Shown here piece after piece: positions 9,430-20,700 of a stretch of 40,624 nucleotides of DNA. The stretch is from Thelocarpon superellum (lineage: Eukaryota). The stretch covers positions 1 through 40,624 of the forward strand of contig JAPEUG010000125.1 of assembly GCA_026025795.1 (NCBI GenBank), written 5' to 3'. Below the pieces are notes generated by a model, which saw only the letters and a program-made list of their open reading frames with translations, did not search any database and was not told the DNA's origin. The number at the start of each line of letters is the position of its first letter. The stretch's first letter is position 1. The position numbers and the translations under genes were made by a program.

Positions 9430-12400
9430 TCACCCCATCACTAATGCAAGTAAGGCCATTCTACAATACAGCCCGTATTTCATCTGTGTTCCCATTGCTG
9501 TTAGCACCTATCACAATTCCCTCGACGACAGGGGAGGAGGAGCAGGAGTTACCTGGCGGAAATAGGCAGCTCGCTGGTCGAAATCAACCTCTTCGCTAAT
9601 CTCCGCATTGCGCGGTAGCGGGTGCATGACAATCATCCTACGTTTAGCGTGCTTGAGCGTCGTGTTGTCGATGATCAGGCCGTCCTTGACTGCTTCGTAG
9701 GCCGCCGGGGACTCGAACCGTTCGCGCTGGATGCGTGTGCAGTAGAGGACATCGGATCGGGCGATGATCTCGGGCGTTAACTCCGTCGACTCGGCCACGA
9801 CCTGGCCCGATGCGAGCAGACTGGCGCGGACGTCGGGAGGGAGCGAGAGCGGTGTGGGAGCGACGAGTTGGATGCGGACGTCGTAGTGTTGCAGCAGCTT
9901 GCTGAGCGAGTGGATCGTCCGGCCGTGGCGGAGATCCCCCGTAAACGTCACCGTCAGGCCAGTCACCGTGCCCAATTCCTCGCGGATGGTAAACAGATCC
10001 AGGAAGGCCTGCGTCGGGTGTTCCAGGCTGCCGTTGCCACCGTTGATGATAGGGACCGGCGAGAACTTGGCCGCCGTGGCAGCACTGCTCTCGTCGGGGT
10101 GTCGCAGCACGACGGCATCTCCATAGCATCCCAGCGTACGGATCGTGTCCTGCAGCGTCTCGCCCTTTTGCGTGCTCGAGTGCGACGTCATGATGGGAAT
10201 CGTCCGTCCACCCAGACGCTGCATGGCAGCGTCAAACGAAGCCGACGTTCTCGTCGAGGGCTCGTAGAACATGGTGCAGAGAACCTTGCCCTTCAAGAGA
10301 TCAAGTACTCCTTGACGTTGCACCCCAAGCCGCATTTCTTGCGCCACGGTAAAGAGCAAGTGGAGATCGACGCGGGTGAACTGGTTCGCGGATAGCACGT
10401 GCCGCTGCTTGAAGGCTGATCGCGCGAGCAGCTCGAGTAACGAGGGGCTGAGCGACGAGAGAGGGCTGTTGACCGCTGGCATGGGCGGCCCGAAGTCCTC
10501 TACCACGGCTGAAGATGACGACGGGAAGAGCTGGCCATCCTGCTTCTGCGGTCGACTCGCGAGACGTGGTGACTGCTGCACCCCCAGCAGGGACTGTCGT
10601 CGGGTCGAGCTGTCTCGCGTTGGGGCAAGGACCGGAGACGCCACGGCCTCGCTCGACGTCGTCGACATGGCACTCATCCCGGGATCGCCCGACATGTCCG
10701 CCCCTTGAGGTGCATCACTCGTCACCTCGCCATCTAGACACACCGTCTTGTCCTGGAAGATGACGCGTTGCACGGCACCCTTCATCAGTCGGCCCACAAA
10801 CGGTGACCATACGGGCCCCGCTTGTAGCACGTACGGACGGTCCACCTCGATCTCCACCGAGGTCCCCGCCTGATCGTGTAACTCAAAGATCTGCTTCGGA
10901 TTATTGTGCAGACGAACAATCACATCATCCACCGTGAGACGACCCTCGGCAACGGCGGTGAATAACAACGGAATCACATCCGCGATCCCAACCGCGGGCG
11001 TCGCGTCGTGCTGAACCTCGTGGGCAAGCTGGTACGGTAGGCTGCCAACGGAGAACACGTCGACGGTGTGTAGGTGCGCCCATAAGGCCGTCTGATCCTT
11101 GGCGGTGGGAAGGAAGTGACATGACGGGTACTCGTCCTGCGACAAGAACAACGAGTACACCGAGACGTCGCACGTCACTTTCAAGCCCTTGGTCTTGCTC
11201 AGGGCCAACAACTGGATGTCGTCCTTGCTGGTCACGTTCGTGACGTGCACCTTGCGGCTGTGCAGGGCAGCGAGAAGCAAGATCGAGGCCAGATCGGTCG
11301 TCTTGGCGTCGGTGATGATGGCCTTGTGTCGCGGCCAGGCCTCAAAGTGCGCCGTGACGGCGGCCACCTTGCTGATGTTGCCCGACAGGTGATTGAAGGG
11401 AATGAAGAGGCATCCCACCTCGCCCACGACGTGACTGATCTGCTCCGCGTTGCTCGAGGTCGCAGCGACGGAAAAGTTGTAGTCACCGCGCGCCCCCTGC
11501 TTGCAGTTCTGCTGCGCCATCTTCAGCCCACGTGCATCGGTGATGGAGCCATCGACGCCCATGGCCATCAAGCGAATCATGCTGAACCCCGCTGCCATCG
11601 AGGCGCTGGCCACCAGTTGGAAATCGCGACTCCCGCGGGTAGCGATGCCCGGTACAAAAGCCCCGACGTTGATCAGCCCGGGCAGGCAGATGGTCCGATG
11701 GCTCGTCTGGTAGTCCACCCGACCCACCTCCAGCTCGTGGTGTCGCGAGATGGCCTCGATCAGCATCTTGGCGTTCTTCACGTTCGTCACCAGGGGCGTC
11801 TGATAGTCCACGGCCATCCGGCGGGTGCGGTAGCCTTTGCTGACATAGTTGGCCGGACGTCGGTAGCGATTGCTGGATGGCAGGTTGATGTACAGGTCGA
11901 TCAGGTTGTTCGCCAGGTGCTGCGTGAGCGAATACTCGGACTTCTGGTCCTCGTCGTCACCCGCTAGCACCTCGAGGAACTGGACGGGGATGCCATGCTC
12001 TTGCAGGTAGTCGGCCGTGCCGGAGGTCGCAAACAGCCGGTAGCCCATCGTGTGGAGCTTGCGTACCGATGGCAGCATCTCCATCTTGTCCTTGAACGAG
12101 CCCATGGACAGCAGGATGTTCCGGTTCGGGAGGCGGAAGCCGGTGGACACCAGCGCCTTGAGATAGGCTTCGTACTTGTCGCGCCCGAAGCAGGCCACCT
12201 CGCCCGTCGACGCCATCTCCACTCCGAGTGTCGGATCCGCGCCGGAGAGACGCGAGAAGCTGAACTGCGGCACCTTGACGCCGACGTAGTCCGGAGGCAG
12301 GTCGATGGGAGGATACTCAGCCACGGGCACACCCATGATGGCCTTGGTCGCCATCTCGATCAGATCGACGCCCATCACCTTGGACACAAAGGGGAAGGAT

Positions 12401-15400
12401 CGCGAGGCGCGGACGTTGCACTCGATGACCTTGATCGCGTTGTCCTTGGCGATGAACTGGATGTTAAAGGGCCCAGTCACGTTGAGCGCGTTGCCAATCT
12501 TCTGCGTCGCTTCCTCGATCCGCCGCACCGTCTCGGGGTCGAGGTCCTGCGGCGGCAGAATGAGCGTGGCGTCGCCCGAGTGCACCCCGGCGTTCTCAAC
12601 ATGCTCGGAGATGAAGTGACCGAGCATGGTGCCATCCTTGGCCACGGCGTCCATCTCGATCTCCTTGGCATTCTCAATGTACTTGGTGATCACCACGGGG
12701 TGCTCGGGCGAGACGTCGGCCGCCTGTTGCAGATAGGCGGCCAGGTCGTCTTGGGAATAGACGGTGTTCATCGCCGCTCCCGACAGGACGTAAGACGGCC
12801 GGACCAGGACCGGGTACTGCACCTTGGCGCAAAAGGCCGTGGCCTCCTCCAGGCTGGTCAGCTCCTTCCACGCCGGCTGGTCGACGAGGATGCGATCCAG
12901 CATGCGCGAGAACTTGTATCGGTTCTCCGCCGTATCGATCATCTCGGGCGAGGTGCCCAAGACCTTGACATTGAGCCGGTGCAGGGGCAGGGCGATGTTG
13001 TTGGGCGTCTGGCCGCCCATGGAGAGGATGACGCCGCTGGCTTGCTCGAGCTGGTAGATATCGAGCACCGTCTCGAGGTTGATGTTCTCAAAGTAGAGCT
13101 TGTCGGCCTCGTCATAGTCGGTGCTGACCGTCTCCGGGTTGTAATTGACCATGATCGTCTTGAAGCCCTGCGCGCGCAGCGTCCGCACCGCTCGCACCGA
13201 GCACCAGTCAAACTCGACCGACGACCCGATGCGATACACGCCCGAGCCAAGGACCATGACGCCGGGCGCGTCAAAGGCCACGTCGTGCTCGGTACCGTGG
13301 TAGGTCAAGTAGAGGTAGTTGGTGTGGGCGGGGAACTCGGCGGCGACGGTGTCGATCTGCTTCACGCACGGCGTGACGCCGGCCTCGACCCGGTGTCGGC
13401 GCACGGCCAGCTCGTTGGAGCTCCAAAATTTGGCCAGCTGCCGATCGGAGAAGCCGAGCTGCTTGGCGCGTCGCAAAAGGGCGGAGGGAACGGTGCTCGG
13501 AGTGTAGCCGGTCATGAGACGGGCAAAGTCGCTCAGACCCTTGAGCTTCTGCAGGAACCACTTGTCGATGCGCGTCATCTCCCAGATGGTGTCGACGGTG
13601 TAGCCGGCGTGCATGGCGTTGGCAATGGCAAAGAGTCGTTGATCCGAGGGCGTCTGGAGCTCGGCGTCGATGGACATGAGGGCGTCGGTGTCGTTGAAGC
13701 CCAGGTTGTGGAAGTCGATGGCGCGGATGGCCTTCTGGATGGCCTCTTCAAACGTGCGACCGATGCTCATGACCTCGCCCACGCTCTTCATGGACGAGTT
13801 CAGCTGGGTGGAGACGCGTAGGAATTTCTTGAGATCCCAGCGCGGGATCTTGACGACGACGTAGTCCAGCGACGGCTCGAAGCAGGCGCACGTCACCTTG
13901 GTCACGGCGTTGGCGATCTCGTTCAGGGGGATGCCCAGGCCGAGTTTGGCCGCGACAAACGCGAGGGGGTAGCCCGTGGCCTTGGAGGCGAGGGCCGAGG
14001 AGCGCGAGAGCCGGGCGTTGACCTCGATGATGCAGTATTCCTTGGAGAAGGGGTTGAGCGCGTACTGGATGTTGCACTCGCCCACGACGCCGAGGTGGCG
14101 GATGACATTGACGGCCGTGGTGCGCAGCATGTTGTAGTCCTCGTCTGACAGCGTCTGCGAGGGCGCAACGACGATGGAGTCGCCGGTATGGATGCCAAGC
14201 GGGTCAAAGTTCTCCATGTTGCACACGGTGATGCAGTTGTCGCGCGCGTCGCGCACCACCTCGTACTCGATCTCCTTCCAGCCCTTCATGCTGCGCTCGA
14301 TCAGCACCTGCGGGCTGGCGGCAAAGGCCTTCTCGCAGAGCGCCACCAGCTCGGCCTCGTTTTCGGCGAAGCCACTGCCCAGACCGCCCAAGGCGTAGGC
14401 GGCGCGCACGATGACGGGATAGCCAATGTCCTTGATGACGTGCTTGGCCTGCTCGACCGAGCTGGCTGAGGCAGACTTGGCGCACTTTTCGCCGATGGCC
14501 TCCATACTTCGGGCAAAGAGCTCGCGGTCCTCGGTGGTGATGATGGTCTCGATGGGCGTGCCCAGGACCTGGACGCCGAGTTGGGCCAGCTCATCCTTTA
14601 GCTGGATGCCCACCTGCAGCGCCGTTTGCCCGCCAAAGGTGACGTAGATGGCGTCAGGCCGTTCGTGGAGGATGACCTTGCGCACGAAGTCAGGGCTCAC
14701 GGGAAGGAAGTAGACCTTGTCGGCCAGACCCTTGGACGTCTGGATGGTGGCGATGTTGGGATTGATGAGGACGGTGTAGATGCCCTCCTCCTTGAGGGCC
14801 TTGATCGCCTGGCTCCCAGAGTAGTCGAATTCGCCGGCTTGGCCGATGCTCAACCCACCACTGCCGAGGACAAGCACCTTCTTCACGTGGACGCGTGGGT
14901 GACGCCGTTCATTCTCCGCGGCCTGACCACCGGGAAATTGGACGGGTTCCATGACAGGCCTGCCCGCCCGTACGCTCTTCATGATGGTGTCGACAAAGAC
15001 GTCGAATAGAAACTCAGTGTCGCGCGGGCCCGGCGTGCTCTCTGGGTGGAACTGGACGCTGAAGAAGGGGTGGTGGAGATGGCGAATGCCCTCGTTGCTG
15101 CCGTCGTTGGCGTTGACAAACAGCTCGGACCAGTCCGCGGGCAGCGTCGCGGTGTCAACAGCATACCCATGGTTCTGCGAGGTGATGTAGCACCGTCCGG
15201 ACAGCAGATTGGTGCAGGGAATGTTCTGTCCACGATTGCCAAACTTCATCTTGGTCGTGGCAGCGCCTGCGGCACGGGCCAACAGTTGGTGGCCGAGACA
15301 GATGCCGAAGATGGGAGTGCGGGCCTGCTCTACGGCGACGGCGAGGTGCTGGATGGTGGCGGTGAGCATGGCCGGGTCACCGGGACCATTGGAGATGAAC

Positions 15401-16239
15401 AGGCCATCATAGTCCGTGCCAGCGAGGCGCGGGAAGTCGTAGTCCCACGGCACCACCTCTACCTCGAGTCCGCGCGAGAGCAGACACCGCAGCTGGTTGT
15501 ATTTCAGGCCCACGTCGACGCATAGCACTCGCACAGGTCGGCCCGACGGGTGTCGCCGCGCCTTGTCTGGGGGTGGGGCATCAACGCGGGGCGCGCGAAT
15601 CGAGACCTCGGCGACCAAGTTGGTCCGGTTGGGATCGATCCACGGCACTTGTCCATACACCGGAACGGCGGTGGCGTGGGCAGCGGCGTCATGTCGGACG
15701 CCATTGACCTTGGCGACGGCCTCTCCGTGGGAGGCGGGTGCGGGCTGCGGGACGAGGAGTTTCCCCAGCATGCTGCCATGCTCGCGGATACGCTTGGTTA
15801 GGGCGCGGGTGTCGACGCCATGCATGGCCGGGACATTTTGCTCCTTCAACCATGTGCCCAGGGAGCTGGTGGCCAGATGGTGGGAGTAATCCTCGCCGGC
15901 GTAGGAGAGGGTGACAACACCGGCAGCGTGAATCTCCGAGGACTCGAAGTGTGCCGGCCGGTCGTGCAGCAGATCGTCCACGGTGGTGCGTGAAGGCACG
16001 CCATAATTGCCAGCCTCAGGGAAGGTGAGGATGAGAATCTGGCCGCGATAGGAGGGGTCGGTGAGGGACTCGGGATAGCCCACCATGCCGGTCTGGAAGA
16101 CCAACTCTCCGGCGACGCTGGTGGGGGCACCATAGCTCTGACCCTGGATGGTGGTGCCGTCGGGCAGCTCCAATTGCATGAGCCGGGGCTCGGCGTCGGC
16201 GGACGCGCGGGCCGTGGGAAGGAGGGGCATGTTACTCAT
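9430..16239 (-). CDS. ura2: Multifunctional pyrimidine biosynthesis protein (GATase-CPSase-pseudoDHOase-ATCase; URA2/pyrABCN/pyr-3), ~2246 aa
   Basis: GATase [24 protein letters not shown]. CPSase [29 protein letters not shown]. Degenerate DHOase [10 protein letters not shown] lacks the HxH metal ligands, as expected in fungi. ATCase [22 protein letters not shown]. Intron 9552-9484 (GTAACT..GCTAAC..CAG) leads to the last exon [17 protein letters not shown] ending at 9430. The ORF-track start at 16308 is TTG; the first in-frame ATG is 16239, alternative 16230. Confidence 0.97.
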
Positions 16240-16283
16240 GACTGCCGCGGTCCGTCGCTGAACTGCCACTTGCCCACGTCCAT
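16236..16283 (-). promoter_or_regulatory. Candidate u[18 protein letters not shown] whose TGA overlaps the ura2 ATG (ATGA)
   Basis: Minus strand reads ATG GAC GTG GGC AAG TGG CAG TTC AGC GAC GGA CCG CGG CAG TCA TGA. The A of TCA plus TG form the ura2 start at 16239. Translation and function are unproven. Confidence 0.5.
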
Positions 16284-17704
16284 GCACTGTAAGAAGGCGG
16301 CAGATCAAAGTGCTGTCCGCGGTCCGGTTATAGCCTCAATGCAGGCGGACGGGGAGGATTAACAGCACAGCGGGCGAGATGTTAGAGCATGCCGTCGAGT
16401 GGCCGCATGTTATGGCAATGTCCTTTGCCCCTCTAACTACGGTGATTCCACCGCGTCGACGAAGAAATCCACCCCTTGCAAGTGTCGACGACCCCATCCC
16501 ACCATGTACCCAGCACTAACAGCTCACACCATACCATTTGCGTCGGGTGTTAGGGCTGCTCACCTCGACCACTTCGCGTGCAGTACCGTTCCCACGGCTA
16601 ACATGCCGTTCCTATTTGAAGCGACAAGCTTTTCCTGTGGGCGGCGTCTGGGCACAAAGGCCTTCGTCGAGGCTTCGCCAGGGCTTCCATGCTAGCTCAG
16701 CTAACTGTGCATGGCATGCCGGGCCCTCGCCCGGGTCTGGCGCTAAGCGGACGTTGTCGAGCGCGTCGAGGGTCGGTGCAGGAGTGCATCCTCCACCGGT
16801 GTGGTGCGGATATGCAGGGCCCTCAAGCGAGACCTCCCAGATGGCTGCGCGACGACGGGTGGTGGGGGGTGGGGGTGGGAGACGAGACGCGTACCGTCCT
16901 CGTCCGAAGTACGTCGTACCGCGACGAGATCGACGCGTGATTTGGAGAGATGACCAGTTCGGACGACGCCAGCAGCACCTCGGCTCGAGCAAGATGTTGT
17001 ACCAGGGCAGCACTTGTCCCTACGAGAACAGAGACGTGCAAGGGGAAGCCCCGAGCGGAAGGATGACGAGAGCATACTTGTCCTGTTACGCCGGGCGGAC
17101 ACTGGTCTGCGCACTCCCGAATCTACGATTGAAAAATAAGACACTTGTGGTACTCGGAGGCACCCCGTGCCACTTGGGACATCTGTGCAGATATAATGGC
17201 GAGGACGGTAGAAAACGTCTTCGGTAAAGAGGGGAGCCCCCGTTAGCTGTGCTCAGGAAACCAGGGGCCCTCTCTCAGCTGCGCTCGGGAAAGACTTCTC
17301 TCCGAAGAGCTGGCAAATCATCAGGTGCCAAAGGCTTCTACAACGAGGCGATGCGAAAGGTCCACCCCTTGCAACCTCCATTCGTCCCGAAGATTTCTGT
17401 GGTCCAGCTCGCCGCGCGGCGCCGCGCGTAGTGCATACCTGATAAGAAGACTGCCGAACGCGATCCTGGTAAGGTGTACATCCACACTTACGGCCCGTTC
17501 CGCGAAGGTGTCGTATCAGGTTCATTTAGTTCATCATGCCGTATCGAATGTCCTCGCTGTTATGGTTGTACCGTGGTAGAATTATTCCTACAGTATTGCT
17601 GACTGGCAGCCACTTGCCCCAGACACGGCGGTGCAGTTGAAGAGGCGCAATCGGACGCGCTCGCTAGGAGGTCCTTGAGCCTGTACGATGGGCTTTGCTG
17701 GTGC

Positions 17705-20700
17705 TCATCCTCGTCTGTCGCCACCACCACCACCACCACCACCACCACCACCACCATCACTCCATGTCACGCCGACATCTTTCCCAGCCGATTCGTCTCC
17801 CGCCAACTTCGGCTGCTCCTCTGCATCTCCTTGATCGTGTCGTACGGCACTCGAGGGTTCTCCCGGCGACGCTGCCAAGGTGATGGGTGATGCTCCGGCC
17901 TGGTCAGAGAGCGAGGTCGGGATGGAAGTCGGGAGCGACACGGGCATCGCGGTCGGATCAAGTTCGGGCTGCACGCCATCGCCGGCCCTCATCTTTCCCT
18001 TGCCCTTGCCTCTGTCCGTCTTCGCCTCTCGCCATTCCCGACCTGTCCCTTCCCGTGTCCGTCTACCGGGAGCCCAATCTCTGCGCGCCGTGCGCGTGTC
18101 GTCTCGTCGTCGGTCGCCCCCTCGGCCCTGCCGACTCCGACTGTGACTCTCATCCCGTCTCATGCCCTTGACCTCCTCTAAGATATCGCGAAATCCCTCT
18201 TCCAAGGTCTTCATCCGCGCCAGCATCAACCGACTCATCATGCGCGCGTCCTCCCCGCCCGTACCCGTCGTCCGCGGGTCGGCACGAGCGGCGGCCGTGG
18301 CCCAGGCCATCTGGGTGGCGAAGCTCGAGGGCACGGCGCCAAGGACGTGATGCTTGTCTGGCAGGGCCATGTGATCGCCTAGGTCCGAGGCCAGGTCCAA
18401 GGCGAGCTGGCTGTGTCGATCGTGCAGGGGACGAGGATCGAGCATCATGAGGCCCGCGAGGTTCGGCGCAGATTGTAACACCTGCGTCCGCGCCGGCAAG
18501 ATCGGACGAGGCTTGGCGACGGCCGTGCCGCTGATGCGACCGGGCGATCGCCGTCCACCGCCAGACTTGGGCGTGCCAACGTTGGTGCGGCCCGGGCTGC
18601 GCTTGCCCGCCGCCGGCTGCCTCGGGGGCGAGGCCGATGATTCCTCGCGGGCGTTGCGGGCGTTGCGGGCGCCGCTGTCGCCACCCCCGGCACGTGGGTT
18701 GTAGATGATCGTGTTGGTGGAGAGGTGCCGCGCGTGCCCCGGCTTCTTTACGGCCACCTCGACCGGGCTCGAGGCATCACCCGGTATGATCGGCGCCGGT
18801 GGCGGAGCGCGACGTGGCGAGGTCGCTCGATCGGGGCGAAGACGCGGGGCAAGCTTCGGGCGTGTCGACCCAGCAAAATAATCGCTACGTGACGCGTCGG
18901 AAAACAATCGCCGACTCGTCGGCAGGGCCAAGCCGGATACCTCCTCGTCTTGTGTCGGCATTTCATCGTCTCCATCCGCACCAGCCGGTGAGGGGTCGGG
19001 CGTCTGCCCAGACTCGGTCGTCTCTTGTCGCGCGAAGGTGGGCGGGGCGCCGGCGCCGGTCGACATGAACTCAGCCGGATCAGAGGCAACAGAGCGGGTG
19101 GCATCGGTCAGATCGCGCGTGCCGCTGGCCATGCGGCGGCGGTGGATGTTCGATCGACGCATCGTCAGTCGTCGTGCCTCGAGCCGGTCCACGACTGAAC
19201 GGTCTTGCTCGGCCGGCGGGCTCGCCCGGCCCTCCGGCCCCATCCCTTGCATCCAGTGGTCGACGACGTTTGTGGTCATCCGACGCTCCTGGCTCTTCTG
19301 CGTGTCACGCACCGTGTCCTTGAAGGGCAAGCGAAAGACCTCGTCGAGGGCTTGGTCCTTCTGGTACCCCACCAACGACTCCTGTCGCCGTCGTCCGCGC
19401 GGACTGAACAGGCTACGAGACTGCTCGAGCTGGGCGCCGAGTCGATGACGTTGCCGCGCGCGCTCGTCAACCAGATCGATCGGCTCAAAGGCCATGTTGC
19501 GCAGAACCACCCGCTCGTAGGCGTAGATGGCCCAGAGCACGTGGAAGTGCGTGATCTTGATCGTGGTCCGGTTGATCCGCACGAATTGGCGGAATGGCAT
19601 GCAGTAGCGCAGCGGAGCCAGGATCCAGGCGATGACGTTGGTCGGGGCGACGTAGGAAAAGAGCGCGTCGGACTTGACCATGGCGATGGTGTTGACAGCA
19701 AAGAGGAACTGGTGCTCTTCGTTGGCGTTGGCGACGATAGTCATGAACGAATTGGTCAAGACGGTGATGAGGATGGTGACGATCAGGAAGTGACAAATGA
19801 AGAGGAAGAGGGTCAAGATGGTCTTGCCCAGAATATTGTAGTCGTCCCAGATGTTCCACGCGGCTGGGGTAAAGCCAAGCAGGATCTGGAAGAGGGTGTA
19901 CGCCACATTGGGCGGGGTGAAGCCATCCTGCTGAAAGGAGAGGGAGAAGGCGACGAAGAAGCCGCTGCATGCGATGACGATCATGACAAAGACGGCGACA
20001 AGGTCGAGGGCCATGAGCCGAAAGGCGATGAGGAGCTGAGAGAAGTAGCGATAGTGGTCGAGGATAGAGAAGAGGCGGGGGAAAAGGAGCACGGCATTGG
20101 CAGCGAGCACGTCGTAGGCCAGGTTGGCCAGATGGGTACGCTCGGCCTCGGGCATCAAGAGGCCGTAGAGGCGCAGGACGTAAAAGCAGATGAGCAGGCC
20201 CAGGATGCCGAGATCAAACGTGTTCCAGAAGCTCATGATGTACAGGCTGAAGCCTTGCTCGTTGAAGCCGACCAGCTCGTCCAGCATGAACCCGGCGCTC
20301 CAGATCCAGAAGACGACCTCGAGCGAGGAGATGGTGAGCGAGCGTTGAATGAGGACCTCGAGGTAGAGAGCCAGCAGGACGGAGAAGGAGGCGGTCGAGA
20401 GGGTGTGGCGATAGCGTGGTACTCGCAGTCGAGACAGCTTGAAGAGCGAGGCGTCGCGTGGGTCGTAGAGGATGACGGCGCGTCGGACCAGGACGCGTGG
20501 CGGCGGCCGGGGGTCGTGGGGGGCGCCGACCGGATGGAGCTTGTCCGAGGAGTCGCGCGAGGCCATGGTGGCCGTCGTCTGGTCGACGGAGCTGTGGCCC
20601 GTGGCCGAGGTGGGTCGGGATCGCGGGGCAAGGCGGTGCAGGTCATCGGCAGCGGAGTGAAAGACGATGGTACCGGCCCAGATGGCCTTGAGATGTTGCA

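Noticed and set aside
10700..11700. Degenerate dihydroorotase domain in ura2 as a sign of pseudogenisation
   Set aside because: An inactive DHOase-like domain is the established normal state of fungal URA2; the frame is intact.
11995..13821. 608-aa ORF antisense to ura2 (likewise 19205-20851 + and 36619-38193 -)
   Set aside because: These are shadow frames of GC3-rich genes. The translations show antisense-type composition and no recognisable motifs.
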